DNA from: Vicugna vicugna
Lineage: Eukaryota
Length of the DNA stretch: 64,000 nucleotides
Assembly: GCA_013265495.1 (NCBI GenBank)
Contig: MU061298.1
Span: forward strand, 1,674,001-1,738,000
Direction of reading: 5' to 3'
Made by a program: the position numbers and the translations under genes. This document shows positions 39,150-52,640 of this stretch, one piece after another. Positions within the stretch are counted from its first letter, which is position 1. Each line of letters opens with the position of its first letter. Below the pieces are notes generated by a model. The model was not told the DNA's origin. It made no database searches and saw only the letters and a program-made list of their open reading frames with translations.

Positions 39150-39790
39150 AAACTTTAACAGGAATAATTTAAGGTCTAATACTTGGGTTCAAAGAAATCA
39201 ATTCCACAAATGTAATATGAGGACTTTTCTTGGCAAATGCTCCTGAGCAAAAATTTAAAGGGATTTAACTGTCTACAACATTACATGGGCTAAACAGTAT
39301 TATGAAATGTCCTAAAGGCTATCATAAACGCAAGTTATAGCAAGACAAGTACAGGGTCCAGCGCTCTAGAAATAGTCGTTCCACTCCGCTCTCTACACGT
39401 CAGGTCAACCCTAAGGATTTGGGCTCAGTTCTGGACAAGACCTTCTAAGAGGGCATTGGTGCATGGGGCGCATCTAGAAGCTGGTGCTGGGTGTATGAAC
39501 GATGTGGTGAGGAATGACTACAGGACTAGGGATGGGTGGCCTGTAGGAGAGAGGACCTGAGATCTGTCCTCTGGTGTCTAAAGGCCTGTCATGTGAGGAA
39601 GAAGCAGCTTGTGCTGTCCTGCCTTCAGGCCTGTCCCCAGCCAGCCAGCACCTAGATGGCTATTTGGCTCTAGGACTCTGAGCCACCTTGCCCAGGGCTA
39701 CCCACATGGGTCTGTGGGGCAAAATGTTACTAGATATACCGTCAAAAAGAGATACTGCAGTCAACTCTATTTAGGTAAAACTGTACAAAC
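39150..39790 (+). mobile_element. CR1/L3 LINE 3' fragment
   Basis: tttaacaggaataatttaaggtctaatacttgggttcaaagaaatcaattccacaaatgt and ctcagttctggacaagaccttctaagagggcattg resemble the recalled L3 consensus. Confidence 0.7.
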
Positions 39791-41374
39791 ATGATTCCTT
39801 ATAGCAGAATGGTTTGGAACCTTCAAATGCTAATATCATCGTGAATATCCACATTGTGAATATAAGACAGTCTTCACTGAACTCAGAACACTTTCATGTA
39901 ACTAGTATCCTTCTACACACCCAAACGCCCTGGGAATCCTTGCTCTAGACTTTTCCCTTTTCACTAGTGTCAGCACTGAAATAGGTACATGGGGTCAGGA
40001 AACCAAAGGTCTAGACATGGTACCTGCCTTCAAAGACAGCTTCATCCATAAGGAAGAATGAGTGATACCAAGCCTGCACTGGAAAACACTTGGGGGATTT
40101 CATGGGAGAAGACCACCTCACAGGTCCATTGGGTGTTTATCTAGTGCCCCGTGGGGCAACATGCACCATCCATTTACAAGGTAGGAAAGGACTGAGCAGT
40201 GGCCTTATTATCTCTGACTGAAGACCTAGAACCTTGAGAAATCAGGTAGTCTTCTTTGTAGACATTGTTAAACCCCCAAACTCATCCATCTTTCATAATA
40301 CCCTCCAATTCCATCGAGCCAATTTATTACCAAGAAGTACTGCCACTCCCTTAAGGATATTAAATTGCTTAGGTATTTTTGTCAACAGGTGTCTCAAATT
40401 TACCAGCTTATTCTACCCACCCTACCCTAGGACTTGCAGGAAAAGAAGTGAAATCAGTATTCTGTTCTGTTTAACCTAGAGTGAATTGCAACTCAGTGGC
40501 AAGGCTGATAGAATGCTAGGTTTTGATCTCTTCTTTGCTAAAGGATGGAAGACTAGTATTGAAGGATCAGAAAGATTGGTCCTTGTACTTCAAAATATTG
40601 GGTAAAGACAACAGGAGGAGAGGAAATAGAGCCACTGAAGTACCTTGCAACCTGACTGGAGACAACATGTGAGAAAGGGCCACACGCCTGAATGAATGTT
40701 TAGAAAAGAGAGAGACTGGTGTAAGATGGGGACATTGGGAAGGTCACTGAGGTGGGACTTCGGGTCAATCCTGAACAGGAACAGAAGAGGAGGCAAGTGG
40801 GGTCTAAGGGTCTTGGGACATCCCCCAAAGCACACCACATTCTACTTTTTCATCATAACACAATTTACATACAGATCCTCAGGGTCAAGGACGTATTTTC
40901 AGTTTCTTGATCACCTAGCAACTTAGTTTGACCCTAATGGTCTCCCTCCACTCACCCTTAATAAATCACAACTGGCTGCTACAACAAACTTGCACCTACT
41001 AAGGACAAAGATTTAATGCTGTGCTGAAACCTTCTCTTAAATAAAAACGAAAAATTGACTCACTCCACCGTATTTCTTCCTAGAAATGAAAACATTTATA
41101 AAGGTTTCCTTGGCCACCAAGGAAAGAAAAATATGTTTATCGCTCTGTTTAATCCCCACAGATTCAGTGAGCATGCTGCTGAGGAGGCCCCCAAACTTCC
41201 TGTTTCAGGAGATGTGATCCTCTGGAAGTAAAATTAGCCCTCCCTGGCCGAACATGCTTGCTGCTTTTCAGATGTGTACACTTCATCAGGGTTGTTATAA
41301 ATAAGCTGTATCTTGACTTAGGACACATCAGCTACCGTTGCTATTTCAGTGCTGCCTTAGAGGCTAAGCTTTCA

Positions 41375-41545
<171 letters not shown>

Positions 41546-42799
41546 TCAAAGGCATGAAATCAAAGTTACATCACAGCAGGACTGCGAGCGTAGCCATGTG
41601 ATGCATTGAAAATAGCAACCGTTATTGTAATCAAGGGTCCCATTTAGCCTCGCTCAGAGGTACAAATAATTCTCAGATGGGTGGAAAATCATACAAGAAA
41701 ACTTGTGCACAATGGGCTATTCTGTGTGGAGTCAGAGGAACGAGGAGAAGAGGATGAAGAAAGAATTAATTCAGGTCACAGAGTTTAATATTTTAGAAGA
41801 AGCAACAGTGGCAAAATGTGCAAGGCTGTTTGGGGGCTACTTAAACCCGAGTGTTTTGGATACAGACAGCATCTATCGCCATTCCATAACGGACAAAAGA
41901 GTGATGTTCTGATGTGCCTGTAAGCACAGAGTCATAGAATACGGGGTCTAGGAGGTCAGTAGTTTACAGAGAAGGAAACAGGACCCAGAATGTTATGTGA
42001 GCAGTCCAAGGTCGCACGGCCAGGAAGACCCATTGCCTGCTGCTCAGCCGCCCAGCCAATGCTCCTTTCATTTCCCCAGAAGGCCCTGCCAGGACAGAGC
42101 CGAGTGGGGTCTCTCATTTGCACCAGCTATATCCACATGGATCCATGGTACCTGTCCCCTCCAACACATCTTTCACTTCTCCCTGTTTGTCTTTACACTA
42201 TTTGAAACCTTTAAGGGACTTTTTTTAAGATCCTCTTCCCTTTGAACAAGAAGAGTTACCTACATGTCATTCACTCTTTCAGTGAGATGTGCTTTCTAAG
42301 ATGTTGGTCTTATTGCTAGCAAAACGATACCATGTTTCAATTCTAATATTTAAGGAAAATTAAATCTGATTTTAAAAACTGAAAATACAACAAATTTTTT
42401 TCTGGGTAATGAGGGACTTTCCATTGTGATTCTTTATGTGGATTATCCATTTTTGCAAAAATTGGGAGTTAAACTATCCTTGAGTTACACAGAAGGTAGT
42501 TCAGGACCTGATAGATCTAACGTACAATGGTGCAGCCACAAACCAGCTCACCACTTCAGATGGAAGGTGTGGAGGCAGAAGTCCCAGGTTCTAATTCTAG
42601 ATTCTAATTCTAATTCTAGCTGTGGTGTCCTGGATGGAACTGCCAGCCACTCTTTCGGTTTCCTCTTCTTTAAAATAAGGACTTCTATGAAGATCAGTTG
42701 AGATGGTGAATGTGAAAAAGCACTGTGCCAACTACAAACTGCTATGAATATTAGCCATTACTCTCTTGCCAGCTGAAGTAAAGTCAGCATTAGTTCTGT

Positions 42800-42832
42800 A
42801 AAACACACACTCACACATACACACACACACCC
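42800..42832 (+). repeat. Imperfect (CA)n microsatellite
   Basis: aaaacacacactcacacatacacacacacacc. Confidence 0.85.
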
Positions 42833-43979
42833 AAAACAGGAAACCAATGCATGGTCCAGTGGTTGGGAGCAAAGGTTCTGGGCTCAAATTCTGCTTGCCA
42901 TTTACTTAGCTGAGTGACCCTGGGCAAATCAGTTAATGTCTTTGTCCTTTTGTTTTCCCACCCTGTAATGCGGGGTTATATACAGCATTTACTTCCTGGA
43001 GTTGGCCTGAGAATTAAGTGACTTATAACATATCAAGTACTAGCATAAGGTCATTCAATAAATACTAGTTATTATTAAAACAGCCTGAATATATACATTC
43101 GCCTGTTTTTATTCATTCACTTGTTCTTTATCCTTTCATCCAGGAAACCTTTATTGGACACCTAACATGATCTAGTTAATATTCTCCCTGGTTTGTCCTC
43201 ATTTGTGACATATTTTTTCATTGTTTTAATGTGATCTGTTAGGCTATCCTAAAGCTTTTGCAAATGAGATAATATTCAATAAATAAATCGATAAGCAACT
43301 CAGAGATATTAACTGTTTACTGTCCCTGGGTCCCTTCTTTCTCAAAAACTGAATGTATTTTTTTAAAACTATTTTAGATTTCTATATTTCATATTTTAGA
43401 TAAATGAACATTTACTATGTTTGTGTCTGTATGGACATCTAATGGGGGTTGAATAATGAGTGTTTTTTGAAAGTTCTGTTTAAACACTGACCTTACATCA
43501 GACTGCTCTTTCACCCAAATGCTGGGCACGTTGCTGAAGAAAAGGGAGTCTCTAGAATGATGTCTTGACTACAACAAAAATGCCATCCACTCATTTATTC
43601 ATTAACATTGCATCATTCATTTTTCAAAATGATGTGTGTGTGTCCTATTATATGCTAGGCACACTGTGGTCAGGCAGCGTTTAGGATGGTAAATAAGACA
43701 GTCTTTTCTCTGTAGAAGTTTTGAGTCTAGCAAGGCAGACAGTCAAGCAAACAGGCTATCAGAACACAGTGCGGTAAGTTCTGGGATGGAAGACATGCAG
43801 GGTGCTAAGGGAACACAGAAGGGGGACATCTAATCTAGAAAAAAACTTCACTCATTCTTTTATAAAATAAACATTTACGTAGCACAGACTATGCATCAGA
43901 CACCCTTGCTGGAAGAGGGGGAAGGCTGTTCCCAGCACTCTGATGGGCCTGGTGAGAACCAGGGGAGTGGAGAGACCTA

Positions 43980-44153
<174 letters not shown>

Positions 44154-45236
44154 TCAAAGGAAGATTTTTAATCAAAGTGCTGAAGAAACCAAACTCCCTT
44201 ACATGGAGGTTTTATACAATTTAAAAAGGATACATTTATTCAGACTGGGTTCTAAACCCCGGATGTTGTTCCTAATGATCTGTGCAGTAGCACTGGGCCG
44301 ATGGCACCTCCACACCAAAGAGCTAAAACTGTTTTCAGTTAAAGTGCAAGCACCAACTCTTCTGGGTCGAATTCTTTGTTCTCCCTCCAGAGGCCAGCGG
44401 AGTTTAACCGCCTGGACTTTTTCCAAACTCTGGAACCAGTCACCTCTCTTCTCTCCCAGAAGAGACAAGAGATCACAATGAGAAAAAATGTGGGCTGTTT
44501 AGAGTCGGGTAGGTCTACAAGGCATCCTTTGAGGAACAAAGCGGATTTCCTAGAGGAAAGGCTTCTAAATCTGGGCCCCTCCATTTGGTGCAGGACCCAA
44601 CAAAGCATGGGGTCACCTTCGTTGCTTCCTTGGTGCCTGACATACAGGAGGTACTCAGGTAACAGAGTACGGAGGGAAAACACCCGTCATGCACTGCAAC
44701 AGAAAGATGCACTCAAACAATGCCTGCTGGGGACTCCAAATTTCCCCAAATCCTGATATGGGAAAAACTGTTTTCTGGAAATAGTGAATTCCAACTGATG
44801 TTAAAGAACAACAGCGACCCCCCAAATATATTTTCAATGATGTTAACATGTGTAGCATTTACTATCTCTGAGATACCAAACCCAAGACACATCCCCTCCT
44901 TGCCTGTTACATACTCACCAACACAAATGAAAGAACATGTTTATTTAAAACATTAATTGTAGCAAAGGAATAAACTGTTAATTCTTTCATTATACTTTCA
45001 TCTTTCTGCTAATGTGAATGAACAGATGGGTCTATTCTAAGGCCAGAACCCTTCCCAGAGATTGAATAAGTAGCCAACTGCTGGCTGAGAGCAAAAACCC
45101 ACCTTAGGACGGGTACCGAGAACCCAACCAGCCTATGAAGCACCAGTCACGCCATCATAACCAGACCCCGATCACCCTGCCCCTCTTAGCAACATTAAAC
45201 ACATGGGTTACATTTCAAGGACTCTTATTCTGTTCA

Positions 45237-45830
<594 letters not shown>

Positions 45831-45919
45831 TTACGAAGACCCCCACACACACCCATGCAAGCTGCTGCTCAACTGTTTTCTCGTCCAGTCCTTCAAAAAG
45901 GCTCATGAGGCACTCCAGC

Positions 45920-46260
45920 TTAGTGCTTAAGACCCTGGACTCTGGAATCAGTGCCTGAGTTCAAATCTCCGCTCTGCCAATCACTGGCTGTGCCACTTTA
46001 AGAAAGCTGTTTAATCTCTCTGTGCCTCTGTCTACCCCGTCTGCAAAATGAGGACAGTAATAGTAGCCACCTAAAAGAGTTGATCTGAGAATTGAGTGAG
46101 TTAACAGAGAGGAAGCACATATGTTACAAATGTCTGCATGATGATGATCACCTCCAATTTACAGATAAGAAAACTGAGGTTCTCAGATGAAGCTGTTTGC
46201 TCAAAAGTACACAGACAGGAAGAGTGGGAGCTAGGATTCAGAGCCCTAAGCTTTCTCCTC
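45920..46260. mobile_element. Two adjacent MIRs in opposite orientation (intron 4)
   Basis: 45920-46100 carries the + core (ttaatctctctgtgcctctgtc...ctgcaaaatgagg); 46150-46260 carries the - core (atttacagataagaaaactgagg). Confidence 0.7.
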
Positions 46261-47877
46261 TGTAAAGCTCTTGACAAACCAATTAAAAGAATACAACCAA
46301 ATAACAGTAACAGTGGACAACAGGAAAAACCAGTCGCATACTTTAATGGTGGCAGCCAGTGTAATGACCAAGGATGTTCATCTCTAAAATGCTGAGAATG
46401 TGTTTTCACCAAGGAAGGTTTGACACCAATATAAGCCACAGAGGTCAGAATGGTATAGAATCCGTGTCTCCCATTAGGGCCTCATGTTAAGGAGGCTCCT
46501 GACACACACACATAATGAGGTCAAGGCCGCCAGGGCTGTGAGGGGGTCAGAAACTGAGGCACTCAAGGAACAACTGAAATGCCTGGAGAAAGAAGTCAGC
46601 TTTGTGACCAGCTTCTCCTGGCCCAGGCTCTGCTCATTCCCCTAATGTGACATCTATTTTTGAGCTTTCTTGCATTTCCTACAGCCATTGCCTCAGCTGG
46701 GAATGACCATCACTCAACTTTCCACCGCCCTAGATCTTTCTTCATAAAAGCTGAGTGGTTGCCACCTCCTCCAGGAAACCTCTCTTGATACATTTCGTCA
46801 AACGATGCCTTCCTCCACACCCCAAGGAGTATTCAAGGAGAAGACCTGACATTCTATCTAACCCTGGTCTTGCTGGCCTGGCAGTGGTTGGTTTCCTACC
46901 CACCTCTTCTCCCCAAGCATCGCAAGCTTTTTGAAGGAGGTCCCAACTGAGTCCCTGCCTCCCCGCCCCAAGCATACATGTAGCAGCTACTCAATACATG
47001 TCTGTGAAAAGCTTTGATAAGTCAGAATAGCATTTGTCTGAACAGAGCAGGAGACCTGTTCTGTGGGACTCCAGCAGCAAGTTAGGCCCCAAGGGGAGAA
47101 GTTCCAGAGATGGAAGATTTCGGCCCATCAGGAGAAGCTTCCTAATTCACTGTGCTTTTGCAGTGTAACAGGAGGCCCTGGACCGTATCATTGAAAGGGT
47201 CTTCCCCAACCAGGCAGGCAGATGGATTCCAACACCCGGGAAAATTCCTGCCACTCAAAGATTCTAAAATTCTAAATTATTACAAACAGACAACCTAAGT
47301 GCTCAGGAATCCCCATATTCCTACATGGAAGAGAACTCAGGGTTCTGGTTCACAGTGACAGCTGCCGTCCCCACTGACCTGGCCACACAACCCACAGAGG
47401 AAGAAGAGGGAGAGATATACATCCTCTTGCTCCTGATTTAATCCTCAGCTTGCTCTGGTCATCTTCTAAGAAAAGGCATGTGTGGGGGGCAGGTGAGTGG
47501 GGGTGCCCGACTCAGGAGCGTGGTTATCACACAGAGCAAACAACGGGCCCCCTCGGAAATAGATGGGGGCATTTAGGAGGAATGTCAGGCATCTTCTGAG
47601 GGGGAGGGAGAGGCCACAAAAATAGCTGCATGTTACTCAAACCCTGAGGCTTAATGTGGAAACACTGACCTTCACACTACCTTACTGTGAGGAATTTTTG
47701 CTGCATGCAATTAGATTTTTATCTGTGTGAATATTACTCTGAGATGGTTGCAAAGTAACTGTTTAAAAACCGTCAGAGAGAGTCCTATGAAAAGGCTGGT
47801 TAAAGCATCAATGTACACAAAGTCGAGCGCTGCTTCACATCTTTGACAGAAGGGAATGAAGAGAAGCAGCCCCCTAC

Positions 47878-48003
47878 CTCCATGCATGGCGTCTATTCGG
47901 ATCTTTAGTCGGTTTGGACCAGAAAGTAGCTCTTTCAGTGCATTGAAATCAAAGATGTTTCTCAGCATCGTAGCATAAGCTTCCACCGAATCCACGATTT
48001 CCA
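47878..48003 (-). CDS. PGM1: PGM1 exon 4 (126 nt)
   Basis: Acceptor ttctcacag|TG. Encodes [42 protein letters not shown]. Donor G|GTAGGG. Confidence 0.97.
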
Positions 48004-48914
48004 CTGTGAGAACAAGCAACATGAAAAGACGGAGGAACTAAACACATTTAGAAATATTACCCCTTGAAATGACTACATTGCTGTGAACATGCAACGGCTA
48101 TTTTTAAAGGACATTTATGGAGCAGCTCCCATCTGCCAGGGCTATTACATGACCTCTTATTCAATACTAACAAATCTTCTGAGAGGTAAATGTTATCTGT
48201 CCTGTTTTATAGATGAGCAAGTTCAAGTTCTGAAAGATAAAGTCACCTGCCTGCATAGCTGGGATGGGGCACAGGGGGGATTCTGACAGAGGTTTGCCTG
48301 CTGGTAAACGCTATGGTGCTGCCACATCGATACCTTGTCTGTCTCCATGAGAAGTGCATACTGGTGTCAAAAATAACAGAAAATGTAACACATACTTTTC
48401 TTTTCCTTTTTCCAGGCCCACTGCCATCAAGACTTAACAGTAAAAAAGCAGAGAAAAATTTTTTAATGAATCACTTTCATATGCGCTGCTAAAGGAATAA
48501 AAGAAATATAAAAATTGTTCTTGTTGAATTTTCAGGGGTCTGAACATTTTCAAAACATGAAGAGTTTAAGAAATTCTCTCCTGGTGTTTTCTGAGCCCTA
48601 AGAATGTCTTTAAGATGTACCAAAGCACCCTTTTCTCTTTGTTGGGACGCAACTGTCTGCTCCTGGTGGGTAGGTTCAAACAAAAAATGCATCCCATAAA
48701 CTTGCAGTCCAGAGGAAAGAATACATGTTAGAGCAGAGTCCAAATGCAAGTCACATGGCTAACCAATTCATCCTTGTTTTATTAATATGAGTAATTTATA
48801 AACATTTATTCTACCAATTATTGTCATACTTTGGCATTCAACAACAAAATGTTTATCACAGCCGCTACAGAGGGAGTTTCAGTTTAGCCCCCAAAATGGT
48901 CTAAATTGATTTTC

Positions 48915-49320
48915 CTGAAAACAAAATCAAAGCTCAGGCTTTAGAATCATTCACACCTGAGTTTGACTCCTAGGTCACCACTCACCGACTATGTGACCTT
49001 GAGTGTGTTACTGAAACTCTCTCAGCCTTTGTTCCCTCATATGAAAAAAGTGAATACTAACAGTGCTGCCCTCACAGGGCTACTGTAGGAATTAAATGAG
49101 ATAATGCATGTTGAGAGCTTGGCAGATAATAAAAGCTCCGTAAAAGACAGCTGTGAACATAATCTTATAGGTCTTCTCGTCAAGGCCGTTCCCTTGGGAG
49201 GTATAGGAACTGAGGCTGAGAGGTTTGGAAATGACCTACCCAAGGTCACACAGCTGACCCCTCGCAGGGCCCTGACTGCCCAGGTCTCTAGGCTCCCAGA
49301 CCCAATTCCAGACTTGCTAA
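48915..49320. mobile_element. Two adjacent MIRs in opposite orientation (intron 3)
   Basis: 48915-49135 is + (tgtgaccttgagtgtgttactgaaactctctcagcc); 49170-49320 is - (ggaactgaggctgagagg...acctacccaaggtcacacagct). Confidence 0.7.
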
Positions 49321-49403
49321 TTAATGCATGCAAAGCTTGGTGACCACAACCTTTCCAAAGATAAAGACCCACGTTATTAAAACCTTGAAAGCAAAACCCC
49401 TTA

Positions 49404-49601
<198 letters not shown>

Positions 49602-49882
49602 TCAAACAGCAAACAGTGGGTCATGTTGCGCGGCTGACGTGGAAAGAGAAAGAACACAAAGCTCAACAATTTCTCTTCACTAGCACATCTTGCCGTGCCC
49701 TCACTTAGGCAGCAAAGTTTCAGGAAAGTTTTATAAAAGAAAATATGCCAATGATCATTCATGCATGGTTTCTCAAATTCAGGATCAACAGAATGAGAAG
49801 CATCTCGTTTCACTAAAAGGAAACAAAGAGCTCCCTTGCTAAGGATCAGAGGGAGAACCCTCTCCTCCCAAGGCCTCAGTTA

Positions 49883-50101
<219 letters not shown>

Positions 50102-51971
50102 CTAGGAGAAGAAACCCAGAACACACTTTAACATCAGTAAATCCAGAGCTACCACACAGAAATGCCAGAACAGGCAGATGGACAAAGAAATGCTCTGCTG
50201 GACCAGAAAAGATGTCCTTTAATGGGTATCTGAAGCTTGTGTTGTTGTTGTTATTATATTGAAGTAGAATGTTATTATTGTTGTTGAGTAATATTATTAT
50301 TGACATAGAAACAGCATCACTGAACAAAGTCGTTCCTTTAAACAGATTTTGGGGACTTTTAGTTTTAGAATAGTGTATGATCCGGGGGTGCTGTGAGGCT
50401 CTGGCAAGGAAGTACAGAGTATTCACAACAAAGCCTTTTCAGACCAAGTTCATAATCTGGACACATTAAAAAATTGTGAGACAACTGACATTTCTATCCA
50501 ATTCAATCACACTTTCAATCCACACTGGGAGAGAGGATATAAGTTTAACGAAGGAGTTTTAACCCAAAGAGAAGGCTTTTATAAACTAAAATATCTGAAA
50601 AAATTAAAAGGACAAACTTGATATGAAGAAGGTCACAAGGTGTATCTCATAAATTTGTTTCCAGCCAAGCCTGGACTGTGATACAGGGGGTTCCTCAAAG
50701 TAGGACACACCTACCCAGGCAAGGGCACCCCTGGGATACCTCCTGGGCCCAGGGCGGGGGATGCTGGGAGTGTCACTGGGTAACAGCCAGAACCACCTAC
50801 ACCAAAGAGCTACTGGCAGTACTTTTGTTGAGCGTTCTTAACTCACCTTCCCATATCTCTCAGATGGTATCAGCACTGCACCTTTGCTAAAATGACAGTA
50901 ATTTCAATCTGTTTCAACATGACCCAAGTTGGAAAAGAAGGAAGAAGTTCTGTCTGTTCCTCTGACTAGAGAAGACATGGCTGCTACGTGAAAAGATTTA
51001 TAAAACGAGGAGTTTGTGCCCTTCCTCCATCCTCCCCCCGAGAGAAGGAAGAGACAGGAATGTTTTTAAGTTTTCCATTTGTTATTTCCTCTTGCTCAGC
51101 TCAACAAGGTGGAAGAAACGACTTGATGGTGGAAGATGTATTTCTAATGTCGAAAATGCCCATGAGATACCTGGATTGCCTGGGAAGCCTTCCTGGGTCT
51201 GTTAGCTTTGCACCTTCCCGTAGGTCACTGAAAGCTTGACTGCCTTATAACTTAGCCCCTCCACTACCAACCACCTCCCAGGAAGCAGCTGCTGGCTCTC
51301 ATACGTCTCTCTCTCAACAATTTCAGTTATACTAATACATTTCTTACATCCTGCCTCCTTTGGGAATTGATAGCTCCCTGCCTCAATACAGTGGGTTGGT
51401 AATGTCTCACCCCTCCAGCAGTTTCCAGGTAAACTTCTAATGAAAATAAAAGCCTATGGTCGAGCAGCTCCATAATTTCAATCGGAGGAGCTTACAGGTG
51501 GCAATTTAATCAGCTTAGTGGCTGGTGGAGTTAACTGAAAATTTTGTGCATCAAGCACACTGACTTTTACTTGGGACCCTGTGAATAATTATTGTGGAAG
51601 ACGAAACTGATAAATGAATATTAAGCTATGCCATCCAAGTCACCCCCTAATTCTACCATTCCTTATGGTGAGATCTGCAGTCAGAAATGGTCCAAGACTG
51701 AGAAGATTATATGAGGAGGCAAGAGTAAGAAAGAAAGTTAAGAAAGGCAAAGGGAAGTCCATGGCAGGTTCTTTCTCTTGAGCCCAAGAACAGGTACAGC
51801 TGGCCAAAATAGTCCCTTCCAGGGCAGACTCTTTCCTGTAAATTATCCTCAGGAATATTCATCTTCAGGCTGATATTGGGGAGACATGACTCTATTATCC
51901 TCCTTCCCTTAAGGATGTCTGGAGCATCGTAACTGCTCCTGTCTCAGTCCCCTGCCTCTCCCCCTCCGGTA

Positions 51972-52009
51972 CCTCCCCCTCCCCCCCCCCCCCCACTCCC
52001 CCCCCCCCC
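51972..52009 (-). repeat. Near-pure poly-C (poly-G on the PGM1 sense strand)
   Basis: cctccccctccccccccccccccactcccccccccccc. Confidence 0.9.
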
Positions 52010-52094
52010 AAATCCACCAGACCTACTTAGGCCCACCTAGTTCATTTCTCTAAACTGTAGATCTGTGTCCCTCCTCTACTCAAAAACCTTCTCT

Positions 52095-52640
52095 GTACCA
52101 TATAACCCCAAAATTCCACTTCTAGGTATAGACATAAAAAGAAAGCAGGGGCTCAAACAGATATTGGCACACCCATGTTCATAACAGTGTTAAAACAATA
52201 GCCAAAGGTGGTAACAACCCAAATGTTCATCAAAAAGATGAATGGATAAACAAAATGTGGTATATACATACAATGGGATAGCACTGTCTTAAAAAGAAAG
52301 GCAATTCCGATACAGGCTACAACATGGACGAACCTTGAAGACATTATACTAAGTAAAATAAGCCAGACACTAAAGGACAAGTATTGTATGGTCCCACCTG
52401 TATGAAGTACACAGAATGGGCAGACTCACAGACAAAACGTAGAACCAAAGATTCCAGAGGCTTGGGGGAGAGCGATGGGGAGTTACTGTTTAGTGCGTAC
52501 AGAGTTGCAAATGAGAAGATGAAAAGATTCTGGACACAGCTAGTGGTGATGGTAGAACACTGTGAATGTAATTAATACCACTGAATTGTACACTTGAAAA
52601 TGGTTAAAATAGCAAATTCTATCTTATGTATACTTTACCA
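52095..52640 (+). mobile_element. L1MB-type LINE-1 3' end
   Basis: aattccacttctaggtata...cacacccatgttcataaca...aacaacccaaatgttcatc...tgaattgtacacttgaaaatggttaaaat. Confidence 0.88.
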
